A DNA stretch of 64,000 nt, taken from the IMG/VR virus record IMGVR_UViG_3300042465_005116, positions 128,001-192,000 of that record, one strand, 5' to 3'. Positions 63,998-64,000 of this stretch are shown in pieces (positions within the stretch are counted from its first letter, which is position 1; the number at the start of each line of letters is the position of its first letter). Source of the DNA: a virus (lineage: Duplodnaviria > Caudoviricetes). The translations under genes and the position numbers were made by a program. The notes beneath the pieces were generated by a model. That model ran no database searches and had not been told where the DNA came from. It was given only the letters and a program-made list of their open reading frames with translations.

Positions 63998-64000
63998 AAG

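Noticed and set aside
1-64000. Alternative genetic code or suppressor tRNAs
   Set aside because: Known-family genes are full length in code 11, and no CTA, TTA or TCA anticodon was found.
1-64000. CRISPR array, retron/DGR, transposase or integrase
   Set aside because: No regularly spaced repeat-spacer array, reverse transcriptase or transposase motifs were seen. The recurrent ~35-bp motifs are promoters.

Overview
This is a 64-kb, AT-rich segment of a large tailed-phage genome, most likely infecting Bacteroidota (Flavobacteriia-like). Phage identity is inferred from gene content and organisation, because no capsid, terminase or portal gene lies in the window. Nearly all genes are on the minus strand. 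Twenty-two copies of a TTTG-N20-TAnnTT(T/A)(G/A) promoter match the Bacteroidota sigma-A consensus. Layout: (i) RNA-repair trio (ligase, kinase, phosphoesterase) at 1.5-4.2 kb. (ii) Stable-RNA island at 4.2-11.9 kb with 25 tRNAs forming an essentially minimal complete decoding set, tmRNA, an ~880-nt GOLLD/ROOL-like RNA, two heavily remodelled tRNA-like RNAs and further structured spacers. The main tRNA array is preceded by a candidate ribosome-dependent attenuator whose 40-aa leader peptide contains all 20 amino acids. (iii) Small accessory genes at 12-31 kb (radical SAM, NlpC/P60, thioesterase, cyclic-phosphate receiver, ClpS, 2OG oxygenase). (iv) Promoter-dense early-like cassette region and a non-coding origin/terminus candidate at 31.5-37.4 kb. 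(v) SGNH/sulfotransferase/sugar-modification island at 38-50 kb. (vi) MTA nucleosidase with APRT, MoxR-VWA, ferredoxin with IscU, a DNA methyltransferase and a zeta-like kinase at 51-64 kb. All RNA folds were done by eye and no database searches were run.
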